Origin: a virus
Reading direction: 5' to 3' (one strand)
Length of the DNA stretch: 64,000 nt
Virus record (IMG/VR): IMGVR_UViG_3300046049_000005
Location: 1-64,000 of that record
The translations under genes were made by a program, and so were the position numbers. Shown here piece by piece: positions 7,648-16,015 of this stretch. Each line of letters begins with the position of its first letter. Positions within the stretch are counted from its first letter, which is position 1. A model generated the notes under the pieces. That model searched no databases, had not been told where the DNA came from, and was given only the letters and a program-made list of their open reading frames with translations.

Positions 7648-8087
7648 TGGAAGACTCAATTCCCGAAGAGCGAATCATTGAGGCGTACAGGGCGGCCCTT
7701 CGGTACGGCCCGGAGCCGTTTGATAATGAACCGAGGGCGAAGCACGTGACGACTTCGAAGATGTTCGATTTCTTGATGATGATGAAAGATTCGGACGTAT
7801 TCACCAGTAGTGCTTACCACAAAGCAGGACAGGTCGGTGTAGATGTTTGCTGTGTGGATTGGATGCAGGAGATAGCCGAAGAAACTGGCGACCTTCAAGA
7901 GTTCATCGAATCCCTGCTCGATGGGTATGGTGAAGGCCGCGAAGTCTGGTACGTCTATGAGACAAATGCGGGCGACGAAAAGGCCGGACCCTTCTCGAAT
8001 AAGGAAAACGCAGTTCGGAGTTCTGGAATGTTTCAGGCCGATAAGGGGGAGAAGCATCATATCGTGAAGCGATACGAAGACGAGTGA
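7647..8087 (+). CDS. hypothetical acidic protein
   Basis: 146-aa ORF whose start overlaps the previous stop. Confidence 0.7.
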   Translation: MEDSIPEERIIEAYRAALRYGPEPFDNEPRAKHVTTSKMFDFLMMMKDSDVFTSSAYHKAGQVGVDVCCVDWMQEIAEETGDLQEFIESLLDGYGEGREVWYVYETNAGDEKAGPFSNKENAVRSSGMFQADKGEKHHIVKRYEDE

Positions 8088-8092
8088 TTACA

Positions 8093-8365
8093 ATGACACG
8101 AAACGACGAAGCGGAACGTCCGATAGAGGTAACGTACAACGCAACCATCAGGTTCGATTCAACGAAGGTGGGGCAGTCGGGGGTGGACGAGGAAGAGGCG
8201 CTGCGTGTTCTGAAACAGCGAATCAGGCGAAACCCAACCGGGGCCGGCGTGTTCTCGGTCCTTCGAGGCTCGACCGAAGCCGATGGCGGCGAAGTCGAAG
8301 ACCCCGGTGAGTTCGAGGCCGGACCGCTAACGAAGTCCGTTGAGGAGAGTAACAGCCATGACTGA
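8093..8365 (+). CDS. hypothetical protein
   Basis: MTRNDEAERP... ATG at 8093. Shares CAATGACACGAAACGACGA with 7151-7169. Confidence 0.6.
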   Translation: MTRNDEAERPIEVTYNATIRFDSTKVGQSGVDEEEALRVLKQRIRRNPTGAGVFSVLRGSTEADGGEVEDPGEFEAGPLTKSVEESNSHD

Positions 8366-8618
8366 AACGCAAACCATCGAACGATACGCGCCAGACCGCG
8401 ACGACCTCCCCGAAGCTCTTCAGGAGCTTGATGACGAGCAGTTCGTGAAGGCCATTCTCGATTATCAGTCCGGAGGGGTTGACTACTCCGTTCTGCTTCG
8501 AGAAGGGTTTCGGGTTCAGCAGATGCGAGTCTTCTGGCTCCGCGAGCTTCGGGATGAATGGCGCTGGGTAGATGACAGCAGCGGCGAAGAGTCGTTCGTC
8601 CTGCTGAAGCACCGCTAA
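8358..8618 (+). CDS. hypothetical protein
   Basis: ATG at 8358 (MTETQTIERY) overlaps the previous stop. Acidic. Confidence 0.6.
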   Translation: MTETQTIERYAPDRDDLPEALQELDDEQFVKAILDYQSGGVDYSVLLREGFRVQQMRVFWLRELRDEWRWVDDSSGEESFVLLKHR

Positions 8619-8627
8619 GTAGCTACA

Positions 8628-8795
8628 ATGAGCGAAGAAAGCAACAGCGACGACGGCGGCGAGGCATCTCCACCCCTTATCGAGGCAGAACCTCGCGGAG
8701 CTACCGATGAAGAAGTCCAAAAATCGGTGGAGAACGCCGAGGAGATGGAGTCCAAGAACACCTTTCGGACTTGGCTTCAGTGGTTAAGGAATTAA
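8628..8795 (+). CDS. small acidic protein (55 aa)
   Basis: MSEESNSDDGGEASPPLIEAEPRG... Fills the gap in the gene array. Below the ORF-track cut-off. Confidence 0.45.
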   Translation: MSEESNSDDGGEASPPLIEAEPRGATDEEVQKSVENAEEMESKNTFRTWLQWLRN

Positions 8796-8813
8796 GGACA
8801 GAAGAATAGAGTC

Positions 8814-8930
8814 ATGAACGAACCCGTAGACTACCTCACATTCGAAGAGCGTGTGGAAATGAAGCGAGTAACGGCCACCATCGAGGCGATGGTCGAACCG
8901 ACCGTTGAAGACGCGACTGACCTACTATGA
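8814..8930 (+). CDS. small hypothetical protein (38 aa)
   Basis: MNEPVDYLTFEERVEMKRVTATIEAMVEPTVEDATDLL. ATGA overlap with the next ORF. Confidence 0.35.
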   Translation: MNEPVDYLTFEERVEMKRVTATIEAMVEPTVEDATDLL

Positions 8931-9106
8931 GTGAACAAAAAGTTGTGGCCTATGCCTTCACGGTAACACCAGTATTGGACGACAGAAACATCGAAGCTGC
9001 TGACCCGTTTGAGAGGGTCATGTTCGAAAATCCTAACGAGAACTACGGCCATTTAGATGGCTTCGAAGTTAGTAACGTTAGGGAACTGACGGAAATTCAA
9101 CAGTAA
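8927..9106 (+). CDS. small hypothetical protein (59 aa)
   Basis: MSEQKVVAYAFTVTPVLDDRNIEAADPFERVMFENPNENYGHLDGFEVSNVRELTEIQQ. Ends 5 nt before the 9112 start. Confidence 0.45.
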   Translation: MSEQKVVAYAFTVTPVLDDRNIEAADPFERVMFENPNENYGHLDGFEVSNVRELTEIQQ

Positions 9107-9111
9107 TTACA

Positions 9112-11934
9112 ATGGCTTCGCAAGAACTTCCGACAATCGAGGATAGTACCGATAACGGCGCTGATGTGAAAAGCGCCGAAGAGAAGTGGCGTGACGTTAG
9201 CGTCATCGACAATACGGGCAACGCTACGGTTCGAGAGTTCGATGCCGCGAGTGACGACCACCCCCTCGTTCAGTACATGGGGTCGAAGCATCTGAAGACG
9301 GACATTCAGGGTGGCGGCGAGTTCGTCAGCGAAGAGATTTACGAGGGCGATTATGCCTTCGTTCGGGAGTGGCTTCAGAACCAGGAGACGGCTTGCATAC
9401 GGCGATGCAAGATGATAGTCGAACTTAGCGACGAGCATCCCGATGGTTGGCTCACAATGACGATGTGGGTCGATTCCAATACCGGAGATACCGTTCTCGG
9501 TCCCGACGAGAACCAAGCGGTTCTTGCCGAATACGACGACGTTTCCGCTGCTGACATTCGGAAAACAGAGATTCCGAGGCCCATCGATGACGTGATGGAG
9601 GCCGCAAAGTCCCTCGGATACGACCCCACTATTGAGTGGGACGTGTATCTTGACGAGCGTAAGATAGTCACCGAAGATAACGGCATCGGCATGACTCCCG
9701 AGGAGTTCGTGGAGGGCTTCAAGTCCCCTTTTAGTTCAGGTTCGGGTGTTGACGGTGAAACCGGAGGTAACTTCGGTATCGGCAGCAACTCGGTCGAGAA
9801 GGTCCACGGTGCCGAAGGCTCGGTCTGTGTGACGACTCTTTCTGCCCGTCCCGGTGACTGGGAAGGCTTCACGGGGTACTCTTACAGGGGTGGTGTCACC
9901 GCTGTCGATGGCGAGAAGCGCGAGGAACCCGGCACCTTTTTCGAGATTCCCGTTTGCGATGACTTCGACCTCGATAATCTCCAAGAGCAAATCGAGACGT
10001 ATACCGAGATGCTTCGGGTCCCCGTCAAATACGCTGAACACAACGCTGGGGTTCAGCCCGTTGACGAGGAATATGAATCTACACGATTCATCGATGAACA
10101 CGACAACCCACCGATAGTCATCGACCGACCCGGCGAGTTCACCCTTGTTGCCGGTCCCGACGTTTACGATGACAGTTTCAGGTCCGACGATGATAATACG
10201 TATCTGGTTTCGATGCCGATTGACCGCAACACGTCGGCCCGAATCAGCACCTTCTGGAATATTGTGATTCAGATTCACGACGAGCAGGGCCGAATTGTCA
10301 GCGGTCCGAATCGTGGCCGATACCACAACAACGGTTCGGTCTACCTCACCGGTGAGAACATCGAGAAGGTGGACGACTTCCAGCCCGACGACGTTGCTTT
10401 GCCTGTCCCAACGGGGGACCGTGACCGTCTCGCAAGCAACTCCGAATCCAAGGAGTTCTTCTATTACATTCAGGATGTAGTCAAGGAGCGAGAGATTTCT
10501 AAGGCCGCTAAGATAGCCAAGCGTATGAAGCACGCCGACCACGCCGCAGATGTCATAAAGGGCAATAGCGGCAAGTGGCGGCTCTTCACGAAGATGATTG
10601 ACTATCACGGTTCACGCCGTGTTACTGATTGCAAACAAAATTTCCGCGATTTCATCAAGGACCAGGACACCTTCCCTGACTTCAGCAGGGAAAAGATAGA
10701 CGAGATGTACGAGCTGTTTCGGTCGATTGAGGTATGTCACAAAGGCCCCCGCCGTTCCAATAAGAAGAGCGAACGACGACAGGCCACTCTTGGCGACCTC
10801 TTCGCTAAGGCGGACCCAGATACGGTCTACATGGCGGCCTCGACCGGCGGTAAGTTCACTGAACGCTTCCGTGTTGCCGACAAAACACACGAAGAATATG
10901 CCGTTGTAGTCGTTGATGGTGCAAGGCGCTATGACGAATACGGTGAAGCGTTCGGATTCGAGGTTCTGAAGGACGTTCCCCTCACCCGAGATGAAGACCA
11001 CGACTACGATATTCCGAATCAAATTCACAAGAGAAATAGCCAGAAGCGTCAGAGTAGCACCAGTAACGAGAAGCTGAAGCTGCGTACCGGTTACGATAGC
11101 TCCGCAATCGACCTTCGGTTGAGCATTGACAGAGTTCAGGACCTCTTAGAGAGTGGCGGAGGTTTCGACGGCCATTCAAAGTTGGTGCTGTTCCCTCGGG
11201 GCGGTGACAGAGAGAACATCAGCGACCACTACGACGTAGCAGACCACGCCGCGATTGCTTCGGTGTCGGTTAGCGAGTACGAACAGTTGGCCGACTACGA
11301 TAACGTGATGACCTTTGATGAGTTCGAAGAGTGGTCCCGCACCGCCCTTATCGCTACCGAAGATGGAGCGATGACCCCCGAAGAACTCGTCAATGATGAC
11401 CGAATGGTCGTTCTCGCCTACCGCACATGCCCCGAAGGTGGGACGGTAGTGAAGCTTTTATCTGACAGACACGAGAGGCTTCGGGAGTTCTACGCTGAAG
11501 ATGTCCGCGACCAGTTGGACTGGGCCGCCCGTCTCGATGGCTACGACGGCGGCTACGGCGGCGACGACGTGGGTAACGTTCCCGACGACGAGAAGGATGA
11601 CACCCTCTTTGCCGTTGCCTGTGAAACCGTCCTAAATCGAGCAGAGTGGGCGTTCTCGGAGCTTCGCTTCAACAGTAGGGATGTCCTCGGACTCAAACTT
11701 GAGGGCGGTACATACGGCTACAAGACGCCGTGTGAATGGATTTCGCTTGACGGGGATAAGGAAACCTATCAACTGAAGGTAGACACCCCGAAGTGGGATA
11801 ACGACAGCGAAGTCTACGACATCTTCCCTCGTAGTCGTCAAAGCACTACTGGACAGGTCTATCTCGGCCTTCATGACCGAGGAATAGACCCAACTGAGGT
11901 CGATGATGTTCGTGACGAAATAGCACAGGATTAA
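9112..11934 (+). CDS. Hsp90/HtpG-like GHKL-family ATPase domain protein (940 aa)
   Basis: N-box-like FVREWLQNQETACIRR, G1 box EDNGIGMTPEEF and G2 box GGNFGIGSNS appear in the order and spacing typical of the Bergerat ATP-binding fold. The remaining ~700 aa have no motif I recognise. Confidence 0.7.
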   Translation: MASQELPTIEDSTDNGADVKSAEEKWRDVSVIDNTGNATVREFDAASDDHPLVQYMGSKHLKTDIQGGGEFVSEEIYEGDYAFVREWLQNQETACIRRCKMIVELSDEHPDGWLTMTMWVDSNTGDTVLGPDENQAVLAEYDDVSAADIRKTEIPRPIDDVMEAAKSLGYDPTIEWDVYLDERKIVTEDNGIGMTPEEFVEGFKSPFSSGSGVDGETGGNFGIGSNSVEKVHGAEGSVCVTTLSARPGDWEGFTGYSYRGGVTAVDGEKREEPGTFFEIPVCDDFDLDNLQEQIETYTEMLRVPVKYAEHNAGVQPVDEEYESTRFIDEHDNPPIVIDRPGEFTLVAGPDVYDDSFRSDDDNTYLVSMPIDRNTSARISTFWNIVIQIHDEQGRIVSGPNRGRYHNNGSVYLTGENIEKVDDFQPDDVALPVPTGDRDRLASNSESKEFFYYIQDVVKEREISKAAKIAKRMKHADHAADVIKGNSGKWRLFTKMIDYHGSRRVTDCKQNFRDFIKDQDTFPDFSREKIDEMYELFRSIEVCHKGPRRSNKKSERRQATLGDLFAKADPDTVYMAASTGGKFTERFRVADKTHEEYAVVVVDGARRYDEYGEAFGFEVLKDVPLTRDEDHDYDIPNQIHKRNSQKRQSSTSNEKLKLRTGYDSSAIDLRLSIDRVQDLLESGGGFDGHSKLVLFPRGGDRENISDHYDVADHAAIASVSVSEYEQLADYDNVMTFDEFEEWSRTALIATEDGAMTPEELVNDDRMVVLAYRTCPEGGTVVKLLSDRHERLREFYAEDVRDQLDWAARLDGYDGGYGGDDVGNVPDDEKDDTLFAVACETVLNRAEWAFSELRFNSRDVLGLKLEGGTYGYKTPCEWISLDGDKETYQLKVDTPKWDNDSEVYDIFPRSRQSTTGQVYLGLHDRGIDPTEVDDVRDEIAQD

Positions 11935-11936
11935 CC

Positions 11937-12053
11937 ATGAGTATCGACTTTCCCGACCCCGAGACGTTTGGTGAATCGGAGCCGCGACCGAGCGAGCGTA
12001 TCGATGAAGACAATTACCATTCCTTAGAGGAGTGGGAGGATAAAAATGAGTAA
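11937..12053 (+). CDS. small acidic protein (38 aa)
   Basis: MSIDFPDPETFGESEPRPSERIDEDNYHSLEEWEDKNE. Starts 2 nt after the previous stop and overlaps the next start. Confidence 0.4.
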   Translation: MSIDFPDPETFGESEPRPSERIDEDNYHSLEEWEDKNE

Positions 12054-12270
12054 CAAAGAAAGACCAATTGTGATAGGCGACGAAGTGGTGTACTCTAAGT
12101 GTAGTTGTGGAAAAGTAAACAAGTATCGACTAACGGGGGTAGCAACAGTTGCAGTGAAAAAGGAGAAAGTTGCTCTACTGTGCATGAATAAGGAATGTGA
12201 CAGATGTATAGAATTGCCAGAAGAGTTGAGTTCGTCACTTGAGGATGCCGCTAAAGAGGTTATGGAATAG
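12046..12270 (+). CDS. small zinc-ribbon-like protein
   Basis: 74 aa with CSCG...CMNKECDRC. Noticeably lower GC than its neighbours. Confidence 0.55.
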   Translation: MSNKERPIVIGDEVVYSKCSCGKVNKYRLTGVATVAVKKEKVALLCMNKECDRCIELPEELSSSLEDAAKEVME

Positions 12271-12272
12271 CA

Positions 12273-12965
12273 ATGAGGGTACTTGAGTCAAACGCAACGA
12301 ACTTTCTGGTTCGTAACGAAGACGGAAGTATCACCACCAAAACCCGCGACTCAGACCTGAATAAGTTGTTGTTCGGTCACAATCTCTACGGCCTTATCGA
12401 GGAAGGCTCTTCGGTGTGGACCAATTCGGGTTCCGAATCTGAACCGAAGGTTACGCTCATTCCTGATGATGAAGCCAAATCCTATACGTTACGTCTCGAT
12501 AATGCCCCGGACCTGACCCTCGGCCCGCACTACAAGACCGACCTTATCGAGGCTCTGGCCGCGGTCTACGAACAGCACAACGCCGAAAGTGTCGCTCCGC
12601 TCCTTTCGCTTTACGACGATGTTCGGGAGAACATGATTCGCAAAGAGGTACTGGAACCATTCTCCAGGGTCTTCAGCGATAAGGTGGAGGTGAGGGACGA
12701 CGGGTGGTTCATCAACGGTCATCTTCTCCTTACCTTCGAAGGCGATTTTTTCCATCCCAACACTACAAGCCGAGAGCGAAGCGGTGGAAATGTCACTTCG
12801 TATCAGAGTCAGATGCAAGCGTATTCGGTGGACATCTCGGAAGGCGCCGCAGATATGAGCCGCGACGTAACGCTCAACGGTGAGAGCTTTCGCCTTACTG
12901 ACACGGAGATGGAGTTCCTGGGGAAGCTGGTGTGGTCTATCGAGAATACCCCCGACCGTAGATGA
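12273..12965 (+). CDS. hypothetical protein
   Basis: 230-aa ORF with acidic composition. Confidence 0.7.
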   Translation: MRVLESNATNFLVRNEDGSITTKTRDSDLNKLLFGHNLYGLIEEGSSVWTNSGSESEPKVTLIPDDEAKSYTLRLDNAPDLTLGPHYKTDLIEALAAVYEQHNAESVAPLLSLYDDVRENMIRKEVLEPFSRVFSDKVEVRDDGWFINGHLLLTFEGDFFHPNTTSRERSGGNVTSYQSQMQAYSVDISEGAADMSRDVTLNGESFRLTDTEMEFLGKLVWSIENTPDRR

Positions 12966-13000
12966 ATCGTAAGAGTTAACTCCTCGGAGTTCGATTCTTA

Positions 13001-13040
13001 GGATGAATGGGCCGCGGCGAGGTTCGATTCCTCCCCATCC
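13001..13040 (+). ncRNA. tRNA-like minihelix element (subfamily A, copy 1)
   Basis: GGATG-aatgggccgcggc-GAGG-TTCGATT-CCTC-cc-CATCC: a closing 5-bp stem plus a T-arm-like hairpin with a TTCGAnT loop. No D or anticodon arm. Starts 36 nt after a stop. Confidence 0.55.
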
Positions 13041-13093
13041 TACTTCAGCGCTATCCCCGGCGTGATGATAGAAATAAGGGACACAACCAAACC

Positions 13094-13987
13094 ATGACGG
13101 ATTACGTAATCCAAGACGAAGACGGCACTGTGGTAGAGCGGGGCTTCAATAGTGGCGAAGACGCCACCATCAGAGCCTACCAGATGTCGAATAGTTGCAA
13201 CTATAGTGGAGCGTACTCTGCTGTGGAGGTTGAACAGAACGACGAAACAACCGACGATTCCAACAACACCATGAGCTACGATTTCATCCAGACCGGCGAC
13301 GACAGCACCGATAACGAACAGCAGTTCAACGAGGTCGGCTCGATGTGGGCCCTCGGGGACCACACCACGGCCGACGAAAGCGACCGCTCCGCGCTCAGTC
13401 AGGCCATCAACGACACCCTTCGGGAGCTTGATGATGACGTTGACGATGAGATGGCCGCGGTCCTTCAGGACGCCTCGGAGATGGTTCAGGATACCCATGT
13501 TAGTCGCTTCGAGTGTCCCGTCGAAGCCTGTGGCCTCGGCCACTCCCATTCGGACCACAAGCATGACATTCGCTCCGGGTTCGGCGTTACCGATGCCTTC
13601 GCGGAGCAGATGGAGGGGTGTCCCTACTGCCATTGTGGGGTCAACGAACTGTCGATGCTGATGGAGTTCTATCCCTACATCAACGAGCGCGTTTTCACGG
13701 ACTACGACTACAGCGGCGTTACAGCGGTAGAGCCTTCGGCTCTCGAAGACATCTACCGACGCTACACGCAGGATTCGGAGGGCTTCAGAGTGGCCGTGGC
13801 GAAGGTTGCCGAGGAGCGCGGCCTCTCTTCGTCTCTCGTCGTTCCCGCCGAATATCGGGACAGTATTGAAGAGTTCTTCGACCTTCGTCAGCGTATCGAT
13901 AACGCCGCTGATTCGGCTCCCATCGCCACCGAGATGCGGAACCTGATTTCGGAGCGCCGCGACGAGCTTATCGAGGCTACCTCCTAA
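13094..13987 (+). CDS. hypothetical acidic protein with a Cys/His cluster
   Basis: ATG at 13094 (MTDYVIQDEDG) is preferred to the alternative start at 13007, which would cover the tRNA-like element. Motifs FECPVEACGLGHSHSDHKHD and GCPYCHCG. Confidence 0.7.
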   Translation: MTDYVIQDEDGTVVERGFNSGEDATIRAYQMSNSCNYSGAYSAVEVEQNDETTDDSNNTMSYDFIQTGDDSTDNEQQFNEVGSMWALGDHTTADESDRSALSQAINDTLRELDDDVDDEMAAVLQDASEMVQDTHVSRFECPVEACGLGHSHSDHKHDIRSGFGVTDAFAEQMEGCPYCHCGVNELSMLMEFYPYINERVFTDYDYSGVTAVEPSALEDIYRRYTQDSEGFRVAVAKVAEERGLSSSLVVPAEYRDSIEEFFDLRQRIDNAADSAPIATEMRNLISERRDELIEATS

Positions 13988-14065
13988 GCGCCACGACTCA
14001 AAGAGTCTTTTCACGGAAGGTTGAATCCTTGAAGCCGAAGGGCGAAAAGGGGGGCGCCCTCTTCG

Positions 14066-14095
14066 GGAAGGGTTGGTCGCCTTCCCCTGATGAGC
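14066..14095 (+). promoter_or_regulatory. leader hairpin plus CCTGATGAGCC box (copy 2)
   Basis: GGGAAGG-ttggtcg-CCTTCCC followed by CCTGATGAGCC, ~25 nt upstream of the ATG at 14117. The stem covaries with 7081-7104 and 24492-24511. Confidence 0.45.
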
Positions 14096-14116
14096 CAAGA
14101 CCGCTCAAAATTAACA

Positions 14117-14257
14117 ATGTCTGCTAACGATGCCAACAGTGCGGGGGGTACCGCCAAGAAATCGTATTCAGAGCGCGTTCGAGGTCGGATGGAAACTGAA
14201 GACCTTGGAGCGATAATGTCAAGATTCTATGATGCTGTCAGTTGGAGGTCTGACTAA
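14117..14257 (+). CDS. small hypothetical protein (46 aa)
   Basis: MSANDANSAGGTAKKSYSERVRGRMETEDLGAIMSRFYDAVSWRSD. Its stop overlaps the next ATG by 1 nt. Confidence 0.4.
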   Translation: MSANDANSAGGTAKKSYSERVRGRMETEDLGAIMSRFYDAVSWRSD

Positions 14258-14514
14258 TGAGCGAAATATCTCATGTCGGTATGTTCTATGAAACTCGTCG
14301 CGCCGTCCATGTAAGGGACTCTGACCCCACCAAGAGTCCCCATACGGAATTAAACTCGGTGCCAACAAAAGCCGAGATTCGGTATGCAGACCAGGAGAAT
14401 AGAGTGATAGATTGTGAAGAGTTCGAAGCTCCCAATGGTAAGGGGTATGAAACTGCCAAATTCTTAATCAGCAGAGCGATGCTGGATAGCGATGCCGTTG
14501 TCGTGGAGCTATGA
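14257..14514 (+). CDS. hypothetical protein
   Basis: 85-aa ORF with an ATGA overlap to the next gene. Confidence 0.6.
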   Translation: MSEISHVGMFYETRRAVHVRDSDPTKSPHTELNSVPTKAEIRYADQENRVIDCEEFEAPNGKGYETAKFLISRAMLDSDAVVVEL

Positions 14515-14939
14515 AGACACTCCCGATAGACAGAAGTAGGGTCTTTCGGCCGTCCGACTATCCGAAGGACCCGAACGAGTATGTCCCTTCAGTCCACTTC
14601 GGACAGCGATTCAAGGAGCAGCAGCGGTTTCTGAACGGCGACGTTATCGAGACGACCCTCGAAGAGGGTGACATCCGCAGCAACGGCGATGGCTGCGCCT
14701 GTTTCCGGAAGGAATGGGGTGAAGGAGTCGCATACTACATCATTGCGGGCTACCACGAGAAGGGGTACAGGGTGCTGGTAACGGGGTGGCCGCACCTTCA
14801 CCATCGTCGGTCTGCCCTCAAATCGGGACAATGGCTCCCGTCCGAACTGGACCAGATTCAAGAATTGAACGACCGCTATAAGGAGCGGTTCGAAGACAAA
14901 TATCCCGTGTATAGTACGTGGTTGAAGCCTCGAAGTTAG
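14511..14939 (+). CDS. hypothetical protein
   Basis: 142-aa ORF. Confidence 0.65.
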   Translation: MKTLPIDRSRVFRPSDYPKDPNEYVPSVHFGQRFKEQQRFLNGDVIETTLEEGDIRSNGDGCACFRKEWGEGVAYYIIAGYHEKGYRVLVTGWPHLHHRRSALKSGQWLPSELDQIQELNDRYKERFEDKYPVYSTWLKPRS

Positions 14940-14977
14940 AGTGAATGGACGGCAGGAGGTTCGATTCCTCCTCACTC
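14939..14977 (+). ncRNA. tRNA-like minihelix element (subfamily A, copy 2)
   Basis: GAGTG-aatggacggc-AGGAGG-TTCGATT-CCTCCT-CACTC. The closing stem differs from copy 1 but stays complementary. It starts at the last base of the stop codon at 14937-14939. Confidence 0.55.
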
Positions 14978-14994
14978 CATGAGGTAACGATGAA

Positions 14995-15003
14995 AAGACT
15001 TAA
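14995..15003 (+). promoter_or_regulatory. AAGACTTAA promoter-like box
   Basis: AAAAGACTTAACT. The TTAA lies ~27 nt upstream of the ATG at 15028, the spacing expected for a leaderless haloarchaeal mRNA. The same box recurs at 5564, 7024, 22927 and 44266, with related boxes at 23096, 23111, 2385 and 2514. Confidence 0.45.
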
Positions 15004-15027
15004 CTTGCCGGAGGTTAATTGTTTGGT

Positions 15028-15996
15028 ATGACCTATTCTCGAAAAGAGTGTACGGAAGCACTACAAGAAGCAACAGAATTGCTTGGCAAATCGCCAACCC
15101 AAGATGAATATATCAATCTTGATATTTCCCCATCTCACACTACGATTAGTCGTATCTTTGGCTCTTGGAACAAAGCCAAGGAAGCCGCTGACCTTGAAAC
15201 AATCAACCGAAGAGAATACAGTAAACAAGAATGTATTGATTCGCTCCGCCGTGCGGCAGAACTGCTTGGAAAGTCACCGAGCCATGACCGATTCAATGAG
15301 TTAGACTTGAAGCCGTCTGCTAATCATATCAATGATGTTTTTGATTCGTGGGCCAATGCCAAAGAAGAGGCGGGCCTTCAACGAGGAGATATAAAGCCAG
15401 TAAATACTGAATTTTTCCGCAAACCTCTCACCAATGAGGCCGCTTACTGGCTTGGAATGCTATGGGGAGATGGTGGTATCACTAAAAGGGGGGAAGAGAA
15501 GTATGAAATGTCTTTCGGCCTTTCTGAAAAGGACGCTGGTCACGTTCGAGCTTTTAAAAATGCTATCGAAAGTGAACACTCTCTTGTGAATAGCGGTGGA
15601 AACGAATGTGTAAGAATTTATATCTCTCGGGGCGATTTCCTTCAACCTCTCCTTGATTATGGCTTCAAGCCGGGAAAGACTACTTCAAGTTCCTTGCCCC
15701 CACTCAGCGAACCGAGCAAACGGCGTGATTTCATCCGCGGTCTAAACGATGCTGATGGGTATGTCGAGAAGACTGGAGTTCAAATTGCTGGTGTATCTAA
15801 AAAGCGGTTTGAAAAGCTCGAAAATTGGATACCATACAAAACATCAATCTACAAATACTGCCGAGAAGACCGACAAAACATCTTCACTCTCGTTACAATG
15901 AGCAGTGACTACGAAGAAGTGATAAACTGGATGTACCCCAACGGCCACGATACAAGCCCCGCCCTTGCTCGAAAACTCCAAGCGGCGCTCGACTAA
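15028..15996 (+). CDS. free-standing LAGLIDADG homing endonuclease with two N-terminal homing-endonuclease-associated repeats
   Basis: Tandem repeats ...KECTEALQEATELLGKSPTQDEY...IFGSWNKAKEAA and ...KQECIDSLRRAAELLGKSPSHDRF...VFDSWANAKEEA. LAGLIDADG motifs YWLGMLWGDGG and FIRGLNDADGYV. Clearly lower GC than the flanks. Confidence 0.8.
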   Translation: MTYSRKECTEALQEATELLGKSPTQDEYINLDISPSHTTISRIFGSWNKAKEAADLETINRREYSKQECIDSLRRAAELLGKSPSHDRFNELDLKPSANHINDVFDSWANAKEEAGLQRGDIKPVNTEFFRKPLTNEAAYWLGMLWGDGGITKRGEEKYEMSFGLSEKDAGHVRAFKNAIESEHSLVNSGGNECVRIYISRGDFLQPLLDYGFKPGKTTSSSLPPLSEPSKRRDFIRGLNDADGYVEKTGVQIAGVSKKRFEKLENWIPYKTSIYKYCREDRQNIFTLVTMSSDYEEVINWMYPNGHDTSPALARKLQAALD

Positions 15997-16015
15997 CTAA
16001 TTTTCAAAATCTCAA

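Noticed and set aside
12982-13002. A second T-arm-like string GGAGTTCGATTCT just upstream of minihelix A1
   Set aside because: The flanks CGGAG and CTTAG are not complementary, so it does not form a T-arm. It may be a decayed duplicate.
13040-14098. Long antisense ORFs mirroring real genes (13040..14098-, 27885..28979-, 9736..10608-, 16566..17309-, 58250..59050+, 52889..53596+, 61465..62052+, 26010..26624-)
   Set aside because: These are shadow ORFs typical of GC-rich coding DNA. They are Arg/Val/Gly-rich and basic, they fully overlap acidic ORFs that carry recognisable motifs, and they break the operon logic.
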